In this document: in pieces, positions 9,339 to 17,566 of the stretch
How positions within the stretch are numbered: position 1 is the stretch's first letter
Layout: each line of letters opens with the position of its first letter
NCBI GenBank assembly: GCA_001314815.1
Contig: LJXT01000001.1
Span: 7,301-71,300 of the forward strand
Direction of reading: 5' to 3'
DNA from: Algoriphagus marincola HL-49
GTDB taxonomy: Bacteria > Bacteroidota > Bacteroidia > Cytophagales > Cyclobacteriaceae
DNA length: 64,000 nt
Notes under the pieces: generated by a model
What the model saw: only the letters and a program-made list of their open reading frames with translations
What the model was told of the DNA's origin: nothing
Databases searched by the model: none
Made by a program: the position numbers and the translations under genes

Positions 9339-10514
9339 TCAAGTCTTTGATTTCACTTTTTTCAAAAATTCAGACAACCCTACAGCAAAAGTTCCCTCTG
9401 AAATAGGAAACTCTTCTTGGCCTGCATAGATAAAATACCTATGGGTAGCCTTAATATCCGCAGCTCCTGTAGAAAAGCCTTTGGATAATTTTGGACTTAG
9501 CGTCCGTTTGATTTCAATAGCCCAAAGTTCACTACCTAGCTGAATGATCAAGTCCAACTCCGCTCCTGCTGATGTACGATAGAACCCATAGTCCGCATTT
9601 TTTGGCAAAACGGATAGAATATTCTCAATCACAAAACCCTCCCAACTAAAACCCAATACCGGATGGCCGAGCAGGCTATCAAAGTTATTGATTTGAAGAA
9701 GTGTATGGGTAATGCCTGAATCCCGTATATACACTTTTGGAGTTTTCACCAAGCGCTTTCGCACATTTGCAGTCCAAGGACGCAAGGACCTGACTAATAG
9801 TAGATCTTCCAAAAGCTCCACATAGGACTTGACCGTGGGGGAACTGAGATCAAGACTTGCCCCAAACTTAGAGAAGTTGATCAGCTGTCCCTGCTCATGT
9901 GCGAGCATGGTCCACAACCTTCTCAGGCGATTGGTAGGTACAAACTGGGCAATTTGAGGAATATCTCTTTCCAGATAAGTAGTGATGAAATTTTGTCTCC
10001 AAGTCATACTGGACTTGTCCGAACTCGCCAAAAACGAGTCAGGAAACCCTCCCCGAAGCCAGAGCTTTTCTAAATTATCTTCATCACTTCCCACTTCTAA
10101 GATGGAGAAGCCAGCTAACTCTTCATATGCTATTCGTCCTGCCAGGCTCTCAGATGATTGTCGAATCAGCTCGAGAGAAGCCGATCCTAGAATCAGGAAT
10201 TGGCAAGAGCGCAAGCCATCTTTCCTATTTCGATCAATAACTCCCCTCAAAACTTGGAATAGATCCGGCATACGCTGGATTTCATCTAGGATGATGAGTT
10301 TGCCATCGTTCAACTCAAAGTATTGCTCTGGTTCTGCCAGTTTGGCTCGGTCACTTGGACTTTCCAGGTCAAGGTAAATGGACTCCTGATCAAAGTTTTC
10401 AGCCAAAGCTTGTGCAAGCGTAGTCTTTCCCACTTGCCGCGATCCTAAGATGGCAATGGCTGGGAAATCCGGCATTAATTCTTCGAGTCTTTTGTAAAGC
10501 AATCGTTTAATCAT
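9339..10514 (-). CDS. AAA_14 ATPase with winged helix and DUF4143 (PD-(D/E)XK-like) domain
   Basis: Walker A GSRQVGKT, Walker B IILDEIQ, ESLAGR, LRGGFP, TPKVYIRDSG, C-terminal ELDL..AIEIK. Confidence 0.92.
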   Translation of the reverse strand: MIKRLLYKRLEELMPDFPAIAILGSRQVGKTTLAQALAENFDQESIYLDLESPSDRAKLAEPEQYFELNDGKLIILDEIQRMPDLFQVLRGVIDRNRKDGLRSCQFLILGSASLELIRQSSESLAGRIAYEELAGFSILEVGSDEDNLEKLWLRGGFPDSFLASSDKSSMTWRQNFITTYLERDIPQIAQFVPTNRLRRLWTMLAHEQGQLINFSKFGASLDLSSPTVKSYVELLEDLLLVRSLRPWTANVRKRLVKTPKVYIRDSGITHTLLQINNFDSLLGHPVLGFSWEGFVIENILSVLPKNADYGFYRTSAGAELDLIIQLGSELWAIEIKRTLSPKLSKGFSTGAADIKATHRYFIYAGQEEFPISEGTFAVGLSEFLKKVKSKT

Positions 10515-10551
10515 CCTTGCAAATTTAAAATCATATTTTAAATTTGCAAGG
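10515..10551. promoter_or_regulatory. Perfect 17-3-17 palindrome containing the promoter of the ATPase gene
   Basis: CCTTGCAAATTTAAAAT-cat-ATTTTAAATTTGCAAGG. On the minus strand TTG-N19-TAAATTTG ends 5 nt before the ATG. Confidence 0.7.
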
Positions 10552-10580
10552 TAAAAAAATTAAAAATGGTTGATTTTCAA

Positions 10581-11456
10581 TTATTTATAACTTTTTCCCA
10601 AATCCACTTTCACGAATGCTCCGATCAAAGAAACTCCCGCTGTAATCAGAAAAAAGATCAGACTGAAAGCTACTGCTGCAGCCTCTTCGATTCCTGCATA
10701 CTGATGAGCATAGACAAAAACCAATTCACGGGCTCCTACACCCCCAATCGTCAGCGGAAGAACCGCCACGATGGAAGAGAGCAAAAAGACCAATTGGTAC
10801 GCCAGAACCTTCTCATCGATTCCTAAGGCCATCAAGATAAACCAAGCACAGATCAATTGAGCAATCTGTCCTGCAAAAGACCAGGCATTGGCTGACCAAA
10901 AAGAGGGAAGAAAATCTTTAAAAAGAAGCTTTTGGACTAGCCAAAAAGCAGGAATAGTCAGTATCAAGCCTCCAATCATCAAAGCGTTCCAAATTGAACT
11001 TTCCAAAAAATCCAGCTCTGCGTCCACCATCAAAAACAATCCAAACAATAAAAAAACGATCGCTACCAATCCTCCCAAACGATCCAAGAGCGCAGCCTGA
11101 AGCAGTTTTTTGACAGGAGTTTTGAATTGTTTATTGAGCAGGTAAACCTTGTAGCCATCTCCCCCGATGCCTCCAGGTAGAAACAAATTGTAAAACATCC
11201 CGACCAGGTATAATCGGAAGTTTAACTTTTCCGAGAGGTACAAATCAATATTCTTGAAATACTGATTTAATCTAACCGCAGTAGCCACCTTACTCAATAC
11301 AAAAAGGACAGTCGCCGGGATCAACCAAGGCCATTGAAGGGTTTGAATAATTCCTAAAAGCTGCCCAGTGTCAATCTTTCGAAAAACCAGATACAAAGCC
11401 AATCCGGTGAGGATGAGTTTGAGGAGTGTTTTCAGCTGGTTTTTATACTGATCCAA
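10581..11456 (-). CDS. Lysylphosphatidylglycerol-synthase TM region / YbhN (UPF0104) flippase-like membrane protein
   Basis: GMFYNLFLPGGIGGDGYK, LDRLGGL, LPLTIGGVGARE; multiple TM helices. Confidence 0.88.
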   Translation of the reverse strand: MDQYKNQLKTLLKLILTGLALYLVFRKIDTGQLLGIIQTLQWPWLIPATVLFVLSKVATAVRLNQYFKNIDLYLSEKLNFRLYLVGMFYNLFLPGGIGGDGYKVYLLNKQFKTPVKKLLQAALLDRLGGLVAIVFLLFGLFLMVDAELDFLESSIWNALMIGGLILTIPAFWLVQKLLFKDFLPSFWSANAWSFAGQIAQLICAWFILMALGIDEKVLAYQLVFLLSSIVAVLPLTIGGVGARELVFVYAHQYAGIEEAAAVAFSLIFFLITAGVSLIGAFVKVDLGKSYK

Positions 11457-11464
11457 ATGAACAG

Positions 11465-11513
11465 AATTGAGAATTGTTAATTGTTAATTGTTAATTGTTA
11501 ATTGTTAATTGTT
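11465..11513. repeat. Heptamer tandem repeat (AATTGTT)x6 plus one degenerate unit
   Basis: Exact copies at 11472-11513; spans the stop codon of the GT2 gene (QLTINN*). Confidence 0.97.
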
Positions 11514-12456
11514 TTTTCTCTCCCACAAAAACCGACCGCACCGTGTAGGTCTTCTTATTCTGAGACTCAAAGTAGGTTCTCACAATGATCTCAGCAATGA
11601 TCCCAGTCGTGATCAACTGAATTCCTCCCAAAATCAAAATAAAACCCAAAATCATGATCGGTCTGCCCCAGATATCCTCACCCAGTAGCTTTAACACCAA
11701 GAGATAAAAACTGATCATAGATCCCAACAAAAAGGACAAAAGACCTATTCCTCCGAAAAGATGAATCGGGCGTTGAAGGTATTTTTGGAAAAAGAGCATC
11801 AGAATCAGATCTGACAATACTTTGAAAGTCCGGCTCAATCCATACTTCGAAGTTCCGTGGATTCGTGGATGATGCTTGACGTCCATTTCCGTCATTCGAG
11901 CTCCCTGCTCCTTTGCCAGGACAGGAATGAAGCGGTGAAGCTCTCCATACAATCCCATATTCTGAGCGATCTCTGCCTTGTAAACCCGTAGTGTACACCC
12001 ATAGTCACTCAGGTAAACCTTGGTAGAGTTTCGGATGATCCAGTTGGCGATTTTGGATGGAATCTTTCTTAGGACAAATCCGTCCTTGCGCTTGGCGCGA
12101 ACGCCGGCCACTACATCCCAGTCCTCATCGATAGCTTTTTGAAGCATGCCGGGAATATCCGTCGGGTCATTCTGAAGATCCCCATCCATGGTGACAATGT
12201 ACTCACCCTTGGCATGATCAATTCCTGCTGCCAAAGCCGTAGTTTGCCCAAAATTCCGGTTGAAGATGATGAGTTTCGTCCGCTCATTGGCATACTTTTT
12301 CACCTCGGAGACGGTCCCATCCGTAGAGCCATCCTCGACAAGGATCAATTCGTAATCCAAGTCTTGAAGTGCTCGGTAGCATTGGGCAAGGAGGGGTTGA
12401 ATATTTTCTTCTTCGTTGTAGACCGTCACGACAACGGACAAAAGTGGCTGGCTCAT
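11491..12456 (-). CDS. Polyprenyl-phosphate glycosyltransferase, GT2 (ArnC/DPM1-like)
   Basis: LSVVVTVYNEE, VEDGSTDGT, RNFGQTTAL, MDGDLQNDP, ELHRFIP, two C-terminal TM helices. Start at MSQPLL. Confidence 0.92.
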   Translation of the reverse strand: MSQPLLSVVVTVYNEEENIQPLLAQCYRALQDLDYELILVEDGSTDGTVSEVKKYANERTKLIIFNRNFGQTTALAAGIDHAKGEYIVTMDGDLQNDPTDIPGMLQKAIDEDWDVVAGVRAKRKDGFVLRKIPSKIANWIIRNSTKVYLSDYGCTLRVYKAEIAQNMGLYGELHRFIPVLAKEQGARMTEMDVKHHPRIHGTSKYGLSRTFKVLSDLILMLFFQKYLQRPIHLFGGIGLLSFLLGSMISFYLLVLKLLGEDIWGRPIMILGFILILGGIQLITTGIIAEIIVRTYFESQNKKTYTVRSVFVGEKKQLTINN

Positions 12457-12574
12457 GGGATAAAATTTGGTCAAAAATACTCCAAAAAGCCAGCCTTGAC
12501 AAAAAAGCCTTATCCCAATTCCAAAACCCAAAGAAAATTCTGAAACTGCTACGTCTGAAAACTTATCTTTACGC

Positions 12575-14233
12575 ATGCTTTTGTCCTCTTCCAGCGAGCT
12601 TAAAATCAACCCATGGATTCTGATGGCAGCCTATTGCTTGTTGATAGGTCCATTTGTCCTGAATTTTCACATGCATTATCCGGATGAGATTTATTACCGG
12701 GATGCTGCTATCAAGATGCTTCAAAATGGGGATTACCTCACCACCTACTTAGGAAGCGGAGAACTACGATTCAAAAAACCTATTCTAACATATTGGGCGG
12801 TTTTGGCAGGTTTTAAGTTGTTTGGTATTCATGAGTTTGGTTCAAGAATTTTCTTTTTACTGGCTGGTGCAGGGACAGTAGGACTCACTTTTTTACTCTC
12901 CAAAATCCTTTTCAAGGACAAAAAAATCGCCGGCCTCTCAGCGCTGATTATGACAGCAAACCCCGTATTGATCCTTTCTTCAGGGCGATCAATTCCCGAT
13001 GTCTTGCTGGTTTTGACCATGACCTTGAGTGCTGTTGGCTTTGCAGGCTTGCTACGGGATGGGGAAAAAGCCCATTCAAAGTTTATTTGGGCGATGTATG
13101 TGGGATTGGCTTTAGCATTTGAAGTGAAAGGACTTCCAGCAGCAGCCTTGGGTGTCCTGGGGATTCTGGTATTGCTTCTGAACCCCTGGAAGCGGGTGTC
13201 GTGGAAAAAGCTCCTACACCTGCCAGCACTTATACTAAGCATAGCCATCGCGCTTTTTTGGTTTGTCGCCATGTGGAAAATCCACGGCCCCACCTATCTG
13301 GACAGTTTCTTGGAGGATCAGGTTGGGATCCGCGTAGCATCCCGCTTTCTCCTGATTTTACAAAATGGACTATTAGCCCTCCTGCTACTCCTGGTAATGT
13401 TTATTCCCTGGATACTGCTCATCATTCCCAACTTGAGGCAAACAATCAAAAAGACTTGGAAAGAAAACCCTCAGTTTTTCCTGTTTGCAATTGTGTGGGG
13501 CTTGGCGATTTTGGGAATGAGTGCTCTGACCAGTAAATTTTATGAGCGATACTTGCTTCCAGTAGCCCCAGTTTTGGCTGTTTGGATTGCCTGGATTGGC
13601 GTAGAAGGAGGATTATTTGAGCGCATCAAGTCCCTCAAAATTACCATTGCCTTATTCTTACTTTTGATCCTAATTCTGACTGGGTTCAGTCTTTGGATAA
13701 ACTTCGGAGAGGCGGGTAATTTTTGGCTTCGGCTTCAAGCAGGGATTGGTGTTATTTTCTTGATTTATGCCATTTATACAGGCTTGAAAACCCCGGATAA
13801 GCTTCCGAAAATCATTTCTTACACCTTCCTAATGATTTTTTTCCTATTGAGCTCCATCACCTATCATATCTCGCTGCCGCATCAAGGAACTCAAGCAGCA
13901 AGCCTAATCCAAGCTGAAAATATTCGAGAGCCAATTGCTTTTTATGGAAATCTCCATGCCGGGAGCAAAATCCGCATGAGCCTAGGCCCGGATTATGAAT
14001 TGATCGATCTACCTAAAAGCCAATGGCAGGCTGAAGCGACAAAGTATCCATTTATAATTTTGGAAGATCGCTGGCTTGAAGAGATGGATTTGACTGCATA
14101 CGAGGTAAAAACCACCTCTCGGAATTGGGACTCCAAGGCTATCCCCAATCTACTTTCTCAGATCCACAGGGCTGAGTTTGAGGAATTGCTGGAAGCCAAC
14201 AGTAAAAAGTATTATTTGCTTGAAAAAAAATAA
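12575..14233 (+). CDS. ArnT/PMT-family (GT83/GT39) integral membrane glycosyltransferase
   Basis: YPDEIYY, RFKKPILTYW, PDVLL, VKG, RYLLPVAP; many TM helices. Confidence 0.88.
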   Translation: MLLSSSSELKINPWILMAAYCLLIGPFVLNFHMHYPDEIYYRDAAIKMLQNGDYLTTYLGSGELRFKKPILTYWAVLAGFKLFGIHEFGSRIFFLLAGAGTVGLTFLLSKILFKDKKIAGLSALIMTANPVLILSSGRSIPDVLLVLTMTLSAVGFAGLLRDGEKAHSKFIWAMYVGLALAFEVKGLPAAALGVLGILVLLLNPWKRVSWKKLLHLPALILSIAIALFWFVAMWKIHGPTYLDSFLEDQVGIRVASRFLLILQNGLLALLLLLVMFIPWILLIIPNLRQTIKKTWKENPQFFLFAIVWGLAILGMSALTSKFYERYLLPVAPVLAVWIAWIGVEGGLFERIKSLKITIALFLLLILILTGFSLWINFGEAGNFWLRLQAGIGVIFLIYAIYTGLKTPDKLPKIISYTFLMIFFLLSSITYHISLPHQGTQAASLIQAENIREPIAFYGNLHAGSKIRMSLGPDYELIDLPKSQWQAEATKYPFIILEDRWLEEMDLTAYEVKTTSRNWDSKAIPNLLSQIHRAEFEELLEANSKKYYLLEKK

Positions 14234-14257
14234 CCCCGGAGGGTTAATCCGGGGTTA
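14231..14257. terminator. Hairpin between convergent genes, probable bidirectional terminator
   Basis: TAACCCCGGA-7nt-TCCGGGGTTA, perfect 10-bp stem. Confidence 0.75.
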
Positions 14258-14278
14258 GGGTCAAGTTTGTTTTTGGGT

Positions 14279-14584
14279 TTATTGCTTGGCCAAGACTACT
14301 TTTTCCTTGTACTTTTTGATCTGTCTTCTCAAGCCTTCCACCGCCTCATCGGCTGCCGCTTCGAAAGAGTCTGTTTGATGCTTTGCAAAAAACTGCTTGC
14401 CGGGAACATTTAGTTTAATTTCAACGATTTTATTTTCATTTTTTTCGTTTTTGTCCAATCTCATGAATACTTCCCCGTCAATAATCCGGTCGTAATAGGT
14501 GTCCAGTTTGTCAGCTTTTCTCTGGATAAAATCAATCAACTTCTGATCAGCATCGAAGTGAATAGAGTGCATTTGCAGTTTCAT
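14279..14584 (-). CDS. hpf: Ribosome hibernation promoting factor / RaiA
   Basis: MKLQMHSIHFDAD..L..FI..K..KL, SFEAAAD.AVE.LRRQIKKYK; position in the rpsU-xerC-hpf block. Confidence 0.93.
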   Translation of the reverse strand: MKLQMHSIHFDADQKLIDFIQRKADKLDTYYDRIIDGEVFMRLDKNEKNENKIVEIKLNVPGKQFFAKHQTDSFEAAADEAVEGLRRQIKKYKEKVVLAKQ

Positions 14585-14618
14585 AGCATTTAGCATTTTA
14601 GGTTGAACAATTAATTAA

Positions 14619-15503
14619 TTATGCTTTAGGATGTGCCTGTTCAAACACAGCCTTCAGTTTTTCCATGGAGTTGTGGGTGTAGACTTGGGTAGCCGCCAGA
14701 TTGGCATGTCCCAATAGATCTTTCACCGCATTCAGATCTGCTCCCTTATTGAGCAGGTGTGTCGCAAATGTGTGTCTCAGCACGTGTGGACTGCGTTTGC
14801 TAGTCTGAGCAAAGCGATCAAGATACTGCCGAACCGTGCGATAGACCATCATGGGATAGCTTTGTTTACCTGAATTTGTTACGATAAAATAGGGATTTTG
14901 GCACAAATCCGGAAACCTTTCCTCAAATACTTTTCGGTAAGAAATAATATTCTGAATAAGGCCTTTAGAAAGCGGGATTACCCGTTCTTTCTTTCGTTTT
15001 CCGAGTACCCGAACTTGCATTTGCGGTAAATCCAAGTCAGACCATCGAAGTCCAATCAACTCAGATAATCTCACACCGGTCAAGTACAGAAATTCCAAAA
15101 TCATTTTGTCACGCTGTCCTTCAAATCCAGGATCGTAAACATCCGATTCTAAAACGTCCTCAATACTGGATTCTTGTACAAATTCGGGGAGTTTTTTGGG
15201 GTTTTTAAGACTCTTTAACTTATAGGTGGGATCTTGACTGATGTGCTCCTGTCGAAGTAAAAATTTATAGAAAGAACGCAGGGTAGCTAATTTTCGATTG
15301 ACTGAAGTGGTGCTTAATCCTTGCTCGACCAAGTCGATAATCCATGCCCGAATCTCCGAATGTTCTGCTAAACTCAAATCGGATTGCTCAAAGGACAGTG
15401 AAAGAAATTCCTGAAACTGAAGTAGATCCCGTTCATAGGCCTCCACCGTATGGGCACTGCTACGTTTTTCGTATTGGAGGTAACTGACAAAGGAGTCGAT
15501 CAT
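14619..15503 (-). CDS. xerC: Tyrosine recombinase XerC
   Basis: TGVRLSEL, GKRKKER, SPHVLRHTFATHLL, LLGHANLAATQVYTH; conserved context. Confidence 0.9.
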   Translation of the reverse strand: MIDSFVSYLQYEKRSSAHTVEAYERDLLQFQEFLSLSFEQSDLSLAEHSEIRAWIIDLVEQGLSTTSVNRKLATLRSFYKFLLRQEHISQDPTYKLKSLKNPKKLPEFVQESSIEDVLESDVYDPGFEGQRDKMILEFLYLTGVRLSELIGLRWSDLDLPQMQVRVLGKRKKERVIPLSKGLIQNIISYRKVFEERFPDLCQNPYFIVTNSGKQSYPMMVYRTVRQYLDRFAQTSKRSPHVLRHTFATHLLNKGADLNAVKDLLGHANLAATQVYTHNSMEKLKAVFEQAHPKA

Positions 15504-15598
15504 CTGGCCTAGAATTGAATTTTAAGATAGTAGAAAAAAAGGAGACTATCTTCTGACAAAAGTCACAAATCGAAAAAGCATGCTAGAAATAGAGAACC

Positions 15599-15629
15599 AA
15601 AAAAAACAGCTACCCATTGGATAGCTGTC
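15599..15629 (-). terminator. Intrinsic terminator after rpsU
   Basis: Minus strand ACAGCTATCCA-A-TGGGTAGCTGT followed by a T run. Confidence 0.75.
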
Positions 15630-15654
15630 TCTATTTTATGATAAGGAGTAACAA

Positions 15655-15849
15655 TTATTTGTTTGCCTCCTCCTGCATCCGCTGTTTGTAAGCAGCTTTG
15701 ATGACTTGATCTCTTCTTTTGACGGAAGGTTTCGTGAAAGCCTGACGGGCTCTAAGCTCGCGAACCGCACCGGTTTTGTCAAACTTCTTTTTGAAACGCT
15801 TTAGCGCTTTCTCGATGGATTCGTTTTCTTTTACGTTTACTATGATCAT
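15655..15849 (-). CDS. rpsU: 30S ribosomal protein S21
   Basis: MIIVNVKENESIEKALKRFKKKFDK..ELRARQAFTKPSV.RR; promoter -7 TACATTTG at 15874-15881. Confidence 0.97.
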   Translation of the reverse strand: MIIVNVKENESIEKALKRFKKKFDKTGAVRELRARQAFTKPSVKRRDQVIKAAYKQRMQEEANK

Positions 15850-15940
15850 ATGTGTACACCCCCTTTCGTGGTGCAAATGTAGGAAAATTATATCAAAATT
15901 AGAATATTAGAAGATTTAAATTGTGAATCCTCGGAAAGAC

Positions 15941-15972
15941 GAAAAATACATCAAACGCACAGTGCTTAGACC
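15941..15972 (+). repeat. 32-bp direct repeat, copy 1 (part of a gene-end remnant KDEKYIKRTVLRPTEN*)
   Basis: GAAAAATACATCAAACGCACAGTGCTTAGACC, 31/32 identical to 17467-17498. Confidence 0.93.
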
Positions 15973-16186
15973 AACAGAAAATTAATTCCTGAAATCCATT
16001 ACCTGAGAGACTACATAGAGAAACCACTCAAACTAATTTTTTATCCCCCCAATCATTTTCGACCGAATATCATTTTATCCAAAGTTTTAACTGAATTATT
16101 TTGGACAACTAACGTCCCTTTCCCTACCTTTAAATCAAAGCTAGCTTTTTTAATTCTTTCTTTTCACTTCATAAACAACTAAGTTG

Positions 16187-16387
16187 ATGAAGAAAACAAT
16201 GATTTTAGCCCTAGCTGTACTTGGTATAGTTTTGGGTAGCTTTGCAGTGGTCCAGCCGGTGAAAGCTCAAGGTGGTCCATGCGGCCCTGTAATTCGAAGT
16301 GGGGATTGTCAAATCCAAGAGCGCGGAGAATGTATTTATCACGAGTGCCCAACCGGTAATTTTATCAGATGCTTTCCGGGAGGATGA
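16187..16387 (+). CDS. Small secreted Cys-rich peptide (66 aa; about 39 aa mature)
   Basis: MKK signal peptide, VKA-Q cleavage site, 5 Cys; stop overlaps the next ATG (ATGA). Confidence 0.8.
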   Translation: MKKTMILALAVLGIVLGSFAVVQPVKAQGGPCGPVIRSGDCQIQERGECIYHECPTGNFIRCFPGG

Positions 16388-17511
16388 AAAATCAAATCAT
16401 TATTTACTTAAGCATTGCTATTCTTTTCATGATCTCATGCAAAAATGATCAAACAGAAAATAGCGTTTTCGAAAAAATTGAATTAGAATGGATTGACTCA
16501 ATTTCAGTTGCTGAAAATAATGATTTCTTTAACGGAGCTTCTGATGCTCAATTAATTGGGGACAGTCTATTGGCTGTCTCCAGTTTTTTGACACCAGGTG
16601 TTTGGTTTTTGGATGCCTCCAATGGGGAGATTAAGTATAGAGTATCTGATTGTGATATAGTTGATATCCCTTTATACCCAGCAGGCTTCTTGATACAAGA
16701 TTTTCCTGAACTGCACATTTTGGACCCAAAACAGAAATCCATTTTTGTATTTCATGTAATTGATCAAACTCTAGTAAGAAAGTTTCTCCTTTCTATTCCT
16801 GAGAACAAAATGATCAGAACTGTTGACTCATTTTTTTGGAAAAATGAAGACTTCTTCATGGTTGAACTATTTCCCTCATTATTAAATCACAACAAGGTGG
16901 GCTTCTATAAGGAGGTAGATGAACTTATCGGAATATTTGATCATAATGGTACTCTGGTTAATAGATTTCTTTTTTATCCTAAGAAACTTAAAAAACTGGA
17001 CTACCCCATTACACCTTATCAAACTTTTACCCAAACTAAATCAAATTTAAATTCTTTAAAAATATCTTTTCCATCGGACAGATTCATCCTTGAATACAAT
17101 TCCATAAACACTGGTAAGATCAATGAAATTCTGGAAATACCATCTCAAAGTGATTTTTTTGAATTCAACCCAGCTGGTTTAGAAAAAGAATTCAACCCAG
17201 AGTTTCAAAAATATTGGCAAGTCCCAAATCCTCATTTTTTCAAAAATATGGTTGAGAATGAAAAATTTTTAATTATTCAAACGATAATGAGAAATAACAA
17301 TAATTTGAAGAATTATGAGGCAAAAAGTCATCTATTCGTTTACGATAAAAATAAGAAAAAGTGGTTTGAGTCCTCAAACCCCACAAATATCAATCGAATG
17401 GGATACCTAGCCGGAATCATAAATGAAGAGTTAATTTTTTTTGAAGGTAGTCAAAGAATATCAGAAGAAAAATACATCAAACGCGCAGTGCTTAGACCGG
17501 TAGTGGATTAA
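16384..17511 (+). CDS. Lipoprotein, probable beta-propeller
   Basis: Lipobox MISC, WIDSI.V motif, AT-rich; C-terminus EEKYIKRAVLRPVVD. Confidence 0.8.
   Translation: MKNQIIIYLSIAILFMISCKNDQTENSVFEKIELEWIDSISVAENNDFFNGASDAQLIGDSLLAVSSFLTPGVWFLDASNGEIKYRVSDCDIVDIPLYPAGFLIQDFPELHILDPKQKSIFVFHVIDQTLVRKFLLSIPENKMIRTVDSFFWKNEDFFMVELFPSLLNHNKVGFYKEVDELIGIFDHNGTLVNRFLFYPKKLKKLDYPITPYQTFTQTKSNLNSLKISFPSDRFILEYNSINTGKINEILEIPSQSDFFEFNPAGLEKEFNPEFQKYWQVPNPHFFKNMVENEKFLIIQTIMRNNNNLKNYEAKSHLFVYDKNKKKWFESSNPTNINRMGYLAGIINEELIFFEGSQRISEEKYIKRAVLRPVVD
17467..17498 (+). repeat. 32-bp direct repeat, copy 2 (inside the 3' end of the lipoprotein gene)
   Basis: GAAAAATACATCAAACGCGCAGTGCTTAGACC. Confidence 0.93.
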
Positions 17512-17522
17512 GGCATTTTTAC

Positions 17523-17551
17523 CTTTTCCAAAGTTCCAAACTTTGGAAAAG
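17523..17551. repeat. Perfect 13-3-13 palindrome (REP-like)
   Basis: CTTTTCCAAAGTT-cca-AACTTTGGAAAAG. Confidence 0.8.
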
Positions 17552-17566
17552 ATATCCACAAAAACA

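Noticed and set aside
14619-15503. Tyrosine recombinase as a mobile-element integrase
   Set aside because: It lies in the conserved rpsU-xerC-hpf block with host-like composition. The nearby 32-bp repeat is not dif-like.
15524-15552. AAGATAGT-13nt-ACTATCTT inverted repeat upstream of xerC as a dif site
   Set aside because: dif has 11-bp arms around a 6-bp core and a different sequence. This could be a minor operator or hairpin, but nothing more supports it.
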